Origin: Neoechinorhynchus agilis
Lineage: Eukaryota; Animalia; Acanthocephala
Reading direction: 5' to 3'
Assembly (NCBI GenBank): GCA_051530055.1
Contig: CM121341.1
Span: forward strand, 13,060,784-13,124,783
Length of the DNA stretch: 64,000 bases
The stretch's first letter is position 1, and the number at the start of each line of letters is the position of its first letter. Below the pieces are notes generated by a model. The model made no database searches and was not told where the DNA came from. It saw only the letters and a program-made list of their open reading frames with translations. The translations under genes and the position numbers were made by a program. Shown here piece after piece: positions 22,801 to 37,800 of the stretch.

Positions 22801-25800
22801 AACCTGTGATTTTTCACAGTCGTCACTTTATCGCCGACAAATTCGATTTAAATTGAATGGACGGCGATCGAAATCGTGACGTCGCGAATGCAAACCTATA
22901 CATCAAATCATTCGTTTGGATCTGAATAGTTTATTAGTGGAACAAGAATCCACAATTTGACCACTATAATATATTTTAAATGTTTGTACTTTTGTTAAAA
23001 AGGAGTAAAAATTCACTCAAACCCGCGTCTTTTTTGTAGTTAAACGTTCAATGTAGCGAAAAACTAGAGATTTTTCATAGTTGTCACTTTAGCGCCCACA
23101 AATTCGCTTCAAATTGAATCGACGGCGGTCGAAATCGTGACGTCGCGAATGCAAACTTATACATCAAATCATTCGTTTCGACCTGAATGGTTTATTAGTA
23201 GAACAAGAATCCACAATTTGACCACTATAATATATTTTAAATGTTTGTACTTTTATTAAAAAGAAGTAAAAATTAACTAAAACCCGCGTCTTTTTGGAAG
23301 TTAAACGTTCAATGTTGCGAAAAAACTAGAGATTTTTCATAGTCGTCACTTTATCACCCACAAATTCGCTTCAAATTAAATCGACGGCGGCCGAAATCGA
23401 GACGTCGCGAAAGCAAACTTATGCATCAAATCATTCGTTTCGACCTGAATGTTTATAGTAGAACAAGAATCCACAATTTGACCACTATAATATATTTTAA
23501 ATGTTTGTACTTTTGTTAAAAAGGAGTAAAAATTCACTCAAACCCGCGTCTTTTGGTAGTGAAACGTTCAATGTAACGAAAAAACGAGATTTTTCATAGT
23601 CGTCACTTTATCGCCCACAAATTGCTTCAAATTGAATCGACGGCGGTCGAAATCGTGACGTCGCGAATGCAAACTTATGCATCAAATCATTCGTTTCGAC
23701 CTGAATAGTTTATTAGTAGAACAAGAATCCACAATTTGACCACTATAATATATTTTAAATGTTTGTACTTTTGTTAAAAAGGAGTAAAAATTCACTCAAA
23801 CCCGCGTCTTTTTGGTAGTGAAACGTGCAATGTAGCCAAAAAACTAGAGATTTTTAATAGTCGTCACTTTATCGCCCACAAATTCGCTTCAAATTGAATC
23901 GACGGCGGTCGAAATCGTGACGTCGCGAATGCAAACTTATACATCAAATCATTCGTTTGGATCTGAATAGTTTATTAGTGGAACTAGAATCCACAATTTG
24001 ACCACTATAATATATTTTAAATGTTTGTACTTTTGTTAAAAAGTAGTAAAAATTCACTAAAACCCGCGTCTTTTTGGTAGTTAAACGTTCAATGTTGCGA
24101 AAAAACTAGATATTTTACATAGTCGTCACTTTATCACCCACAAATTCGCTTCAAATTAAATCGACGGCGGATGAAATCGTGACGTCGCGAATGCAAACTT
24201 ATACATCAAATCATTCGTTTGGATCTGAATAGTTTATTAGTGGAACTAGAATCCACAATTTGACCACTGTAATATATTTTAAATGTTTGTACATTTGCTA
24301 AAAAGGAGTAAAAATTCACTCAAACCCGAGTCTTTTTGGTAGTTAAACGTTCAATGTTGCGAAAAAACTAGAGATTTTTCATAGTCGTCACTTTATCACC
24401 CACAAATTCGCTTCAAATTAAATCGACGGCGGCCGAAATCGTGACGTCGCGAATGGAAACTTATACATCAAATCATTCGTTTGGATCTGAATAGTTTATT
24501 AGTGGAACAAGAATCCACAATTTGACCACTGTAATATATTTTAAATGTTTGTACTTTTGTTAAAAAGGGGTAAAAATTCACTCAAACCTGCGTCTTTTTG
24601 GTAGTGAAACGTTCAATGTAGCGAAAAAACTAGAGATTTTTCATAGTCGTCACTTTATCGCCCACAAATTCGCTACAAATTTAATCGACGGCGGTCGAAA
24701 TCGTGACGTCGCGAATGCAAACTTATGCATCAAATCATTCGTTTCGACACGAATAGTTTATTGGTGGAACAAGAATCCACAATTTGACCACTATAATATA
24801 TTTTAAATGTTTGTACTTTTGTTAAAAAGGAGTAAAAATTCCTCAAACCCGCGTCGTTTTGGTAGTGAAACGTTCAATGTCACGAAAAAACGAGAGATTT
24901 TTCATAGTCGTCACTTTATCGCCCACAAATTCGCTTCAAATTGAATCGACGGCGGTCGAAATCGTGACGTCGCGAATGCAAACTTATACATCAAATCATT
25001 CGTTTGGATCTGAATAGTTTATTAGTGGAACAAGAATCCACAATTTGACCACTATAATATATTTTAAATGTTTGTACTTTTATTAAAAAGGAGTAAAAAT
25101 TCACTCAAACCCGCGTCGTTTTGGTAGTGAAACGTTCAATGTAGCGAAAAAACTAGAGATTTTTCATAGTCGTCGCTTTATCACCCACAAATTCGCTTCA
25201 AATTGATTCGACGGCGATCGAAATCGTGACGTCGCGAATGCAAACTTATACATCAAATCATTCGTTTGGATCTGAATAGTTTATTAATGGAACAAGAATC
25301 CACAATTTGACCACTATAATATATTTTAAATGTTTGTACTTTTGTTAAAAAGGAGTAAAAATTCACTCAAACCCGCGTCGTTTTGGTAGTGAAACGTTCA
25401 ATGTAACGAAAAAACCAGAGATTTTTCACAGTCGTCACTTTATCGCCGACAAATTCGCTTCAAATTGAATCGACGGCGGTCGAAATCGTGACGTTGCGAA
25501 TGCAAACTTATACATCAAATCATTCGTTTCGACCTGAATAGTTTATTAGTAGAACAAGAATCCACAATTTGATCCCTATAATGTATTTTAAAGATTTGTA
25601 CTTTTGTTAAAAAGGAGTAAAAATTCACTCAAACCCGCGTCTTTTTGGTAGTTAAACGTTCAATGTTGCGAATAAACTAGAGATTTTTCATAGTCGTCAC
25701 TTTATCACCCACAAATTCGCTTAAAATTAAATCGACGGCGGCCGAAATCGAGACGTCGCGAAAGCAAACTTATGCATCAAATCATTCGTTTCGACCTGAA

Positions 25801-28800
25801 TGGTTTATTAGTAGAACAAGAATCCACAATTTGACCACTGTAATGTATTTTAAATGTTTGTACTTTTATTAAAAAGAAGTAAAAATTCACTCAAACCCGC
25901 GTCGTTTTGGTAGTGAAACGTTCAATGTAACGAAAAAACGAGATTTTTCATAGTCGTCACTTTATCGCCCACAAATTCGCTTCAAATTGAATCGACGGCG
26001 GTCGAAATCGTGACGTCGCGAATGCAAACTTATACATCAAATCATTCGTTTCGACCTGAATAGTTAATTGGTGGAACAAGAATCCACAATTTGACCACTA
26101 TAATATATTTTAAATGTTTGTACTTTTGTTAAAAAGGCGTAAAAATTCACTCAAACCCGCGTCTTTTTGGTAGTGAAACGTTCAATGTAACGAAAAAACG
26201 AGATTTTTCATAGTCGTCACTTTATCGCCCACAAATTCGCTTCAAATTGAATCGACGGCGGTCGAAATCGTGACGTCGCGAATGCAAACTTATACATCAA
26301 ATCATTCGTTTCGACCTGAATAGTTTATTAGTAGAACAAGAATCCACAATTTGATCCCTATAATATATTTTAAATATTTGTACTTTTGTTAAAAAGGAGT
26401 AAAAATTCACTCAAACCCGCGTCGTTTTGGTAGTGAAACGTTCAATGTAACGAAAAAACTAGAGATTTTTCATAGTCGTCACTTTATCACCCACAAATTC
26501 GCTTCAAATTGAATCGACGGCGGTCGAAATCGTGACGTCGCGAATGCAAACTTATACATCAAATCATTCGTTTGGATCTTAATAGTTTATTGGTGGAACA
26601 AGAATCCACAATTTGACCACTATAATATATTTTAAATGTTTGTACTTTTATTAAAAAGAAGTAAAAATTCACTCAAACCCGCGTCGTTTTGGTAGTGAAA
26701 CGTTCAATGTAACGAAAAAACGAGAGATTTTTCATAGTCGTCACTTTATCGCCCACAAATTCGCTTCAAATTGAATCGACGGCGGTCGAAATCGTGACGT
26801 CGCGAATGCAAACTTATACATCAAATCATTTGTTTGGACCTGAATAGTTTATTAGTGGAACAAGAATCCACAATTTGACCACAATAATATATTTTAAATG
26901 TTAGTACTTTTGTTAAAAAGGCGTAAAAATTCACTCAAACCCGAGTCTTTTTGGTAGTTAAGCGTTCAATGTTGCGAAAAAACTAGAGATTTTTCACAGT
27001 CGTCACTTTATCGCCCACAAATTCGCTTCAAATTGAATCGACGGCGGTCGAAATCGTGACGTCGCGAATGCAAACTTATACATCAAATCATTCGTTTGGA
27101 TCTGAATAGTTTATTAGTGGAACAAGAATCCACAATTTGACCACTATAATATATTTTAAATGTTTGTACTTTTGTTAAAAAGGAGTAAAAATTCACTCAA
27201 ACCCGCGTCTTTTTGGTAGTAAAACGTTCAATGTAACGAAAAAACGAGAGATTTTTCATAGTCGTCACTTTATCGCCCACAAATTCGCTTCAAATTGATT
27301 CGACGGCGATCCAAATCGTGACGTCGCGAATGCAAACTTATACATCAAATCATTCGTTTGGATCTGAATAGTTTATTAGTGGAACAAGAATCCACAATTT
27401 GACCACTGTAATGTATTTTAAATGTTCGTACTTTTATTAAAAAGAAGTAAAAATTCACTCAAACCCGCGTCTTTTTGGTAGTGAAACGTTCAATGTAGCG
27501 AAAAAACTAGAGATTTTTCATAGTCGTCACTTTATCGCCCACAAATTCGCTTCAAATTGAATCGACGGCGGTCGAAATCGTGACGTCGCGAATGCAAACT
27601 TATACATCAAATCATTCGTTTCGACCCGAATAGTTTATTAGTGGAACAAGAATCCACAATTTGACCACTGTAATGAATTTTAAATGTTCGTACTTTTATT
27701 AAAAAGAATTAAAAATTCACTCAAACCCGCGTCGTTTTGGTAGTGAAACGTTCAATGTCACGAAATAACGAGAGATTTTTCATAGTCGTCACTTTATCAC
27801 CCACAAATTCGCTTCAAATTAAATCGACGGCGGCCGAAATCGTGACGTCGCGAATGCAAACTTATACATCAAATCATTCGTTTGGATCTGAATAGTTTAT
27901 TAGTGGAACAAGAATCAACAATTTGACCACTATAATATATTCTATTTGTTTGTACTTTTGTTAAAAAGGAGTAAAAATTCACTCAAACCCGCGTCTTTTT
28001 GGTAGTTAAACGTTCAATGCAACGAAAAAACTAGAGATTTTTCATAGTCGTCGCTTTATCACCCACAAATTCGCTTCAAATTGATTCGACGGCGATCGAA
28101 ATCGTGACGTCGCGAATGCAAACTTATGCATCAAATCATTCGTTTGGATCTGAATAGTTTATTAGTGGAACAAGAATCCACAATTTGACCACTATAATAT
28201 ATTTTAAATGTTTGTACTTTTGTTAAAAAGGAGTAAAAATTCACTCAAACCCGCGTCGTTTTGGTAGTTAAACGTTCAATGTAGCGAAAAAACTAGAGAT
28301 TTTTCATAGTTGTCACTTTAGCGCCCACAAATTCGCTTCAAATTGAATCGACGGCGGTCGAAATCGTGACGTCGCGAATGCAAACTTATGCATCAAATCA
28401 TTCGTTTCGACCAGAATAGTTTATTGGTGGAACAAGAATCCACAATTTGACTACTATAATATATTTTAAACGTTTGTACTTTTATTAAAAAGAAGTAAAA
28501 ATTCACTCAAACCCGCGTCATTTTGGTAGTGAAACGTTCAATGTAACGAAAAAACGAGATTTTTCATAGTCGTCACTTTATCGCCCACAAATTCGCTTCA
28601 AATTGAATCGACGGCGGTTGAAATCGTGACGTCGCGAATGCAAACTTATACATCAAATCATTCGTTTGGATCTGAATAGTTTATTAGTGGAACAAGAATC
28701 CACAATTTGACTACTATAATATATTTTAAATGTTTGTACTTTTGTTAAAAAGGCGTAAAAATTCACTCAAACCCGAGTCTTTTTGGTAGTTAAACGTTCA

Positions 28801-31800
28801 ATGTTGCGAAAAAACTAGAGATTTTTCACAGTCGTCACTTTATCGCCCACAAATTCGCTTCAAATTGAATCGACGGCGGTCGAAATCGTGACGTCGCGAA
28901 TGAAAACTTATACATCGAATCATTCGTTTCGACCTGAATGGTTTATAAGTAGAACAAGAATCAACAATTTGACCACTATAATATATTTTAAATGTTTGTA
29001 CTTTGGTTAAAAAGGAGTAAAAATTCACTCAAACCCGCTTCTTTTTGGTAGTTAAACGTTCAATGCAACGAAAAAACGAGAGATTTTTCATAGTCGTCAC
29101 TTTATCGCCCACAAATTCGCTTCAAATTGATTCGACGGCGATCCAAATCGTGACGTCCCGAATGCAAACTTATGCATCAAATCATTCGTTTGGATCTGAA
29201 TAGTTCATTAGTCGAACAAGAATCCACAATTTGACCACTGTATTATATTTTTGAAATGTTTGTACTTTTGTTAAAAAGGAGTAAAAATTCACTCAAACCC
29301 GCGTCGTTTTGGTAGTGAAACGTTCAATGTAACGAAAAAACCAGAGATTTTTCACAGTCGTCACTTTATCGCCGACAAATTCGCTTCAAATTGAATCGAC
29401 GGCGGTCGAAATCGTAACGTTGCGAATGCAAACTTATACATCAAATCATTCGTTTCGACCTGAATAGTTTATTAGCAGAACAAGAATCCACAATTTGACC
29501 ACTATAATATATTTTAAATGTTTGTACTTTTGTTAAAAAGGAGTAAAAATTCACTCAAACCCGCGTCTTTTTGGTAGTTAAACGTTCAATGTAGCGAAAA
29601 AACTAGAGATTTTTCATAGTTGTCACTTTAGCGCCCACAAATTCGCTTCAAATTGAATCGACGGCGGTCGAAATCGTGACGTCGCGCATGCAAACTTATG
29701 CATCAAATCATTCGTTTGATCTGAATAGTTCATATTGGTGGAACAAGAATCCACAATTTGACTACTATAATATATTTTAAACGTTTGTACTTTTATTAAA
29801 AAGAAGTAAAAATTCACTCAAACCCGCGTCATTTTGGTAGTGAAACGTTCAATGTAACGAAAAAACGAGATTTTTCATAGTCGTCACTTTATCGCCCACA
29901 AATTCGCTTCAAATTGAATCGACGGCGGTCGAAATCGTGACGTCGCGAATGCAAACTTATACATCAAATCATTCGTTTGGATCTGAATAGTTTATTAGTG
30001 GAACAAGAATCCACAATTTGACCACTATAATATATTTTAAATGTTTGTACTTTTGTTAAAAAGGCGTAAAAATTCACTCAAACCCGAGTCTTTTTGGTAG
30101 TTAAACGTTCAATGTTGCGAAAAAACTAGAGATTTTTCACAGTCGTCACTTTATCGCCCACAAATTCGCTTCAAATTGAATCGACGGCGGTCGAAATCGT
30201 GACGTCGCGAATGAAAACTTATACATCGAATCATTCGTTTCGACCTGAATGGTTTATGAGTAGAACAAGAATCAACAATTTGACCACTATAATATATTTT
30301 AAATGTTTGTACTTTGGTTAAAAAGGAGTAAAAATTCACTCAAACCCGCTTCTTTTTGGTAGTTAAACGTTCAATGTAGCGAAAAAACTAGAGATTTTTC
30401 ATAGTTGTCACTTTAGCGCCCACAAATTCGCTTCAAATTGATTCGACGGCGATCCAAATCGTGACGTCCCGAATGCAAACTTATGCATCAAATCATTCGT
30501 TTGGATCTGAATAGTTCATTAGTCGAACAAGAATCCACAATTTGACCACTGTATTATATTTTTGAAATGTTTGTACTTTTGTTAAAAAGGAGTAAAAATT
30601 CACTCAAACCCGCGTCGTTTTGGTAGTGAAACGTTCAATGTAGCGAAAAAATTAGAGATTTTTCATAGTCGTCACTTTATCGCCCACAAATTCGCTTCAA
30701 ATTTAATCGACGGCGGTCGAAATCGTGACGTCGCGAATGCAAACTTATACATCAAATCATTCGTTTCGACCCGAATAGTTTATTGGTGGAACAAGAATCC
30801 ACAATTTGACCACTATAATATATTTTAAATGTTTGTACTTTTGTTAAAAAGGAGTAAAAATTCACTCAAACCCGCGTCTTTTTGGTAGTTAAACGTTCAA
30901 TGTAGCGAAAAAACTAGAGATTTTTCATAGATGTCACTTTAGCGCCCACAAATTCGCTTCAAATTGAATCGACGGCGGTCGAAATCGTGACGTCGCGCAT
31001 GCAAACTTATACATCAAATCATTCGTTTCGACATGAATAGTTTATTAGTAGAACAAGAATCCACAATTTGACCACAATAATATATTTTAAATGTTTGTAC
31101 TTTTGTTAAAAAGGAGTAAAAATTCACTCAAACCCGCGTCTTTTTGGTAGTTAAACGTTCAATGTTGCGAAAAAACTAGAGATTTTTCATAGTCGTCACT
31201 TTATCACCCACAAATTCGCTTCAAATTAAATCGACGGCGGCCGAAATCGAGACGTCGCGAAAGCAAACTTATGCATCAAATCATTCGTTTCGACCTGAAT
31301 GGTTTATTAGTAGAACAAGAATCCACAATTTGACCACTGGAATGTATTTTAAATCTTTGTACTTTTATTAAAAAGAAGTAAAAATTCACTCAAACCCGCG
31401 TCGTTTTGGTAGTGAAACGTCCAATGTAACGAAAGAACGAGATTTTTCATAGTCGTCACTTTATCGCCCACAAATTCGCTTCAAATTGAATCGACGGCGG
31501 TCGAAATCGTGACGTCGGGCATGCAAACTTAAACATCAAATCATTCGTTTCGACCAGAATAGTTTATTGGTGGAACAAGAATCCACAATTTGACCACTAT
31601 AAAATATTTTAAATGTTTGCACTTTTTTTAAAAAGGCGTATAAATTCACTTAAACCCGAGTCTTTTTAGTAGTTAAACGTTCAATGTTGCGAAAAAACTA
31701 GAGATTTTTCAGTCGTCACTTTATCACCCACAAATTCGCTTCAAATTAAATCGACGGCGGCCGAAATCGTGACGTAGCAAAAGCAAACTTATGCATCAAA

Positions 31801-34800
31801 TCATTCGTTTCGACCTGAATGGTTTATTAGTAGAACAAGAATCCACAATTTGACCACTGTAATGTATTTTAAATGTTTGTACTTTTATTAAAAAGAAGTA
31901 AAAATTCACTCAAACCCGCGTCGTTTTGGTAGTGAAACGTTCAATGTAACGAAAAAACTAGAGATTTTTCATAGTCGTCGCTTTATCACCCACAAATTCG
32001 CTTCAAATTGATTCGACGGCGATCGAAATCGTGAGGTCGCGAATGCAAACTTATACATCAAATCATTCGTTTGGATCTGAATAGTTTATTAGTGGAACAA
32101 GAATCCACAATTTGACCACTATAATATATTTTAAATGGTTGTACTTTTGTTAAAAAGGAGTAAAAATTCACTCAAACCCGCGTCTTTTTTGTAGTTAAAC
32201 GTTCAATGTAGCGAAAAACTAGGGATTTTTCATAGTTGTCACTTTAGCGCCCACAAATTCGCTTCAAATTGAATCGACGGCGGTCGAAATCGTGACGTCG
32301 CGAATGCAAACTTATACATCAAATCATTCGTTTCGACCTGAATAGTTTATTAGTAGAACAAGAATCCACAATTTGACCACTATAATATATTTTAAATGTT
32401 TGTACTTTTGTTAAAAAGGAGTAAAAATTCACTAAAACCCGCGTCGTTTTGGTAGTGAAACGTTCAATGTAACGAAAAAACCTGTGATTTTTCATAGTCG
32501 TCACTTTATCGCCGACAAATTCGATTTAAATTGAATGGACGGCGATCGAAATCGTGACGTCGCGAATGCAAACTTATACATCAAATCATTCGTTTGGATC
32601 TGAATAGTTTATTAGTGGAACAAGAATCCACAATTTGACCACTATAATATATTTTAAATGTTTGTACTTTTGTTAAAAAGGAGTAAAAATTCACTCAAAC
32701 CCGCGTCTTTTTGGTAGTGAAACGTTCAATGTAACGAAAAAACGAGAGATTTTTCATAGTCGTCACTTTATCGCCCACAAATTCGCTTCAAATTGAATCG
32801 ACGGCGGTCGAAATCGTGACGTCGCGAATGCAAACTTATGCATCAAATCATTCGTTTCGACCTGAATGGTTTATTAGTAGAACAAGAATCCACAATTTGA
32901 CCACTATAATATATTTTAAATGTTTGTACTTTTGTAAAAAGGAGTAAAAATTCACTCAAACCCGCGTCTTTTTGGTAGTTAAACGTTCAATGTTGCGAAA
33001 AAACTAGAGATTTTTCATAGTCGTCACTTTATCACCCACAAATTCGCTTCAAATTAAATCGACGGCGGCCGAAATCGTGACGTCGCGAAAGCAAACTTAT
33101 ACATCAAATCATTCGTTTCGACCTGAATGGTTTATTAGTAGAACAAGAATCCACAATTTGACCACTATAATATATTTTAAATGTTTGTACTTTTGTTAAA
33201 AAGGAGTAAAAATTCACTCAAACCCGCGTCGTTTTGGTAGTGAAACGTTCAATGTAACGAAAAAACAGAGATTTTTCATAGTCGTCACTTTATCGCCCAC
33301 AAATTCGCTTCAAATTGAATCGACGGCGGTCGAAATCGTGACGTCGCGAATGCAAACTTATACATCAAATCATTCGTTTCGACCTGAATAGTTTATTAGT
33401 GGAACAAGAATCCACAATTTGACCACTATAATATATTTTAAATGTTTGTACTTTTGTTAAAAAGGAGTAAAAATTCACTCAAACCCGCGTCGTTTTGGTA
33501 GTGAAACGTTCAATGTAGCGAAAAAACTAGAGATTTTTCATAGTCGTCACTTTATCGCCCACAAATTCGCTTCAAATTGAATCGACGGCGGTCGAAATCG
33601 TGACGTCGCGAATGCAAACTTATACATCAAATCATTCGTTTCGACCTGAATAGTTTATTGGTGGAACAAGAATCCACAATTTGACCACTATAATATATTT
33701 TAAATGTTTGTACTTTTGTTAAAAAGGAGTAAAAATTCACTCAAACCCGCGTCTTTTTGGTAGTTAAACGTTCAATGTAGCGAAAAAACTAGAGATTTTT
33801 CATAGTCGTCACTTTATCGCCCACAAATTCGCTTCAAATTGAATCGACGGCGGTCGAAATCGTGACGTCGCGAATGCAAACTTATACATCAAATCATTCG
33901 TTTCGACCTGAATAGTTTATTAGTGGAACAAGAATCCACAATTTGACCACTATAATATATTTTAAATGTTTGTACTTTTGTTAAAAAGGAGTAAAAATTC
34001 ACTCAAACCCGCGTCTTTTTGGTAGTTAAACGTTCAATGTTGCGAAAAAACTAGAGATTTTTCATAGTCGTCACTTTATCACCCACAAATTCGCTTCAAA
34101 TTAAATCGACGGCGGCCGAAATCGTGACGTCGCGAAAGCAAACTTATGCATCAAATCATTCGTTTCGACCTGAATGGTTTATTAGTAGAACAAGAATCCA
34201 CAATTTGACCACTATAATATATTTTAAATGTTTGTACTTTTGTTAAAAAGGAGTAAAAATTCACTCAAACCCGCGTCGTTTTGGTAGTTAAACGTTCAAT
34301 GTAACGAAAAAACTAGAGATTTTTCATAGTCGTCACTTTATCGCCCACAAATTCGCTTCAAATTGAATCGACGGCGGTCGAAATCGTGACGTCGCGAATG
34401 CAAACTTATGCATCAAATCATTCGTTTCGACCTGAATGGTTTATTAGTAGAACAAGAATCCACAATTTGACCACTATAATATATTTTAAATGTTTGTACT
34501 TTTATTAAAAAGAAGTAAAAATTCACTCAAACCCGCGTCTTTTTGGTAGTTAAACGTTCAATGTAGCGAAAAAACTAGAGATTTTTCATAGTCGTCACTT
34601 TATCGCCCACAAATTCGCTTCAAATTGAATCGACGGCGGTCGAAATCGTGACGTCGCGAATGCAAACTTTTACATCAAATCATTCGTTTCGACCCGAATA
34701 GTTTATTGGTGGAACAAGAATCCACAATTTGACCACTATAATATATTTTAAATGTTTGTACTTTTGTTAAAAAGGAGTAAAAATTCACTCAAACCCGCGT

Positions 34801-37800
34801 CTTTTTGGTAGTTAAACGTTCAATTTAGCGAAAAAAACTAGAGATTTTTCATAGTTGTCACTTTAGCGCTAACAAATAGGCTTCAAACTGAATCGACGGC
34901 GGTCGAAATCGTGACGTCGCGAATGCAAACTTATACATCAAATCATTCGTTTCGACCCGAATAGTTTATTGGTGGAACAAGAATCAACAATTTGACCACT
35001 ATAATATATTTTAAATGTTTGTACTTTTGTTAAAAAGGAGTAAAAATTCACTCAAACCCGAGTCTTGGTAGTTAAACGTTCAATGTTGCGAAAAAACTAG
35101 AGATTTTTCATAGTCGTCACTTTATCACCCACAAATTCGCTTCAAATTAAATCGACGGCGGCCGAAATCGTGACGTCGCGAATGGAAACTTATACATCAA
35201 ATCATTCGTTTGGATCTAAATAGTTTATTAGTGGAACAAGAATCCACAATTTGACCACTATAATATATTTTAAATGTTTGTACTTTTGTTAAATAGGAGT
35301 AAAAATTCACTCAAACCCGAGTCTTTTTTGTAGTGAAACGTTCAATTTAACGAAAAAACGAGAGATTCTTCATGGTTGTCACTTTATCGCCCACAAATTC
35401 GCTTCAAATTGAATCGACGGCGATCGAAATCGTGACGTCGCGAATGCAAACTTATACATCAAATCATTCGTTTGGATCTGAGTAGTTTATTAGTGGAACA
35501 AGAATCCACAATTTGACCACTATAATATTTTTAAATGTTTGTACTTTTGTTAAAAAGGAGTAAAAATTCACTCAAACCCGCGTCTTTTTGGTAGTGAAAC
35601 GTTCAATGTAGCGAAAAAACCAGAGATTTTTCGTAGTCGTCACTTTATCGCCCACAAATTCGCTTCAAATTTAATCGACGGCGATCGAAATCGTGACGTC
35701 GCGAATGCAAACTTATACATCAAATCATTCGTTTCGACCTGAATAGTTTATTAGTAGAACAAGAATCCACAATTTGACCACTATAATATATTTTAAATGT
35801 TTGTACTTTTGTTAAAAAGGAGTAAAAATTCACTCAAACCCGCGTCGTTTTGGTAGTGAAACGTTCAATGTAACGAAAAAACGAGATTTTTCATAGTCGT
35901 CACTTTATCGCCCACAAATTCGCTTCAAATTGAATCGACGGCGGTCGAAATCGTGACGTCGCGAATGCAAACTTATACATCAAATCATTCGTTTCGACCT
36001 GAATAGTTTATTAGTAGAACAAGAATCCACAATTTGACCACTATAATATATTTTAAATGTTTGTACTTTTGTTAAAAAGGAGTAAAAATTCACTCAAACC
36101 CGCGTCTTTTTGGTAGTTAAACGTTCAATGTTGCGAAAAAACTAGAGATTTTTCATAGTCGTCACTTTATCACCCACAAATTCGCTTCAAATTAAATCGA
36201 CGGCGGCCGAAATCGTGACGTCGCGAAAGCAAACTTATGCATCAAATCATTCGTTTCGACCTGAATAGTTTATTAGTGGAACAAGAATCCACAATTTGAC
36301 CACTATAATATATTTAAATTTTTGTACTTTTGTTAAAAAGGAGTAAAAATTCACTCAAACCCGCGTCGTTTTGGTAGTGAAACGTTCAATATAACGAAAA
36401 AACGAGATTTTTCATAGTCGTCACTTTATCGCCCACAAATTTGCTTCAAATTGAATCGACGGCGGTCGAAATCGAGACGTCGCGAATGCAAACTTATACA
36501 TCAAATCATTCGTTTCGACCTGAATAGTTTATTGGTGGAACAAGAATCCACAATTTGACCACTGTAATGTATTTTAAATGTTTGTACTTTTATTAAAAAG
36601 AAGTAAAAATTCACTCAAACCCGCGTCTTTTTGGTAGTTAAACGTTCAATGTTGCGAAAAAACTAGAGATTTTTCATAGTCGTCACTTTATCACCCACAA
36701 ATTCGCTTCAAATTAAATCGACGGCGGCCGAAATCGTGACGTCGCGAATGCAAACTTATACATCAAATCATTCGTTTGGATCTGAATAGTTTATTAGTGG
36801 AACTAGAATCCACAATTTGACCACTATAATGTATTTTAAATGTTTGTACTTTTGTTAAAAAGGAGTAAAAATTCACTCAAACCCGCGTCTTTTTGGTAGT
36901 TAAACGTTCAATGTTGCGAAAAAACTAGAGATTTTTCATAGTCGTCACTTTATCGCCCACAAATTCGCTTCAAATTGAATCGACGGCGGTCGAAATCGTG
37001 ACGTCGCGAATGCAAACTTATACATCAAATCATTCGTTTGGATCTGAATAGTTTATTAGTGGAACAAGAATCCACAATTTGACCACTATAATATATTTTA
37101 AATGTTTGTACTTTTGTTAAAAAGGAGTAAAAATTCACTCAAACCCGCGTCTTTTTGGTAGTTAAACGTTCAATGTTGCGAAAAAACTAGAGATTTTTCA
37201 TAGTTGTCACTTTATCACCCACAAATTCGCTTCAAATTAAATCGACGGCGGCCGAAATCGTGACGTCGCGAATGCAAACTTATACATCAAATCATTCGTT
37301 TGGATCTGAATAGTTTATTAGTGGAACAAGAATCTACAATTTGACCACTATAATGTATTTTAAATGTTTGTACTTTTGTTAAATAGGAGTAAAAATTCAC
37401 TCAAACCCGAGTCTTTTTTGTAGTGAAACGTTCGATGTAACGAAAAAACGAGAGATTTTTCATAGTCGTCACTTTATCGCCCACAAATTCGCTTCAAATT
37501 GAATCGACGGCGATCGAAATCGTGACGTCGCGAATGCAAACTTATACATCAAATCATTCGTTTGGATCTGAATTGTTTATTAGTAGAACAAGAATCTACA
37601 ATTTGATCCCTATAATATATTTTAAATATTTGTACTTTTGTAAAAAAGGAGTAAAAATTCACTCAAACCCACGTCTTTTTGGTAGTGAAACGTTCAATGT
37701 AGCGAAAAAACTAGAGATTTTTCATAGTCGTCACTTTATCGCCCACAAATTCGCTTCAAATTGAATCGACGGCGGTCGAAATCGTGACGTCGCGAATGCA

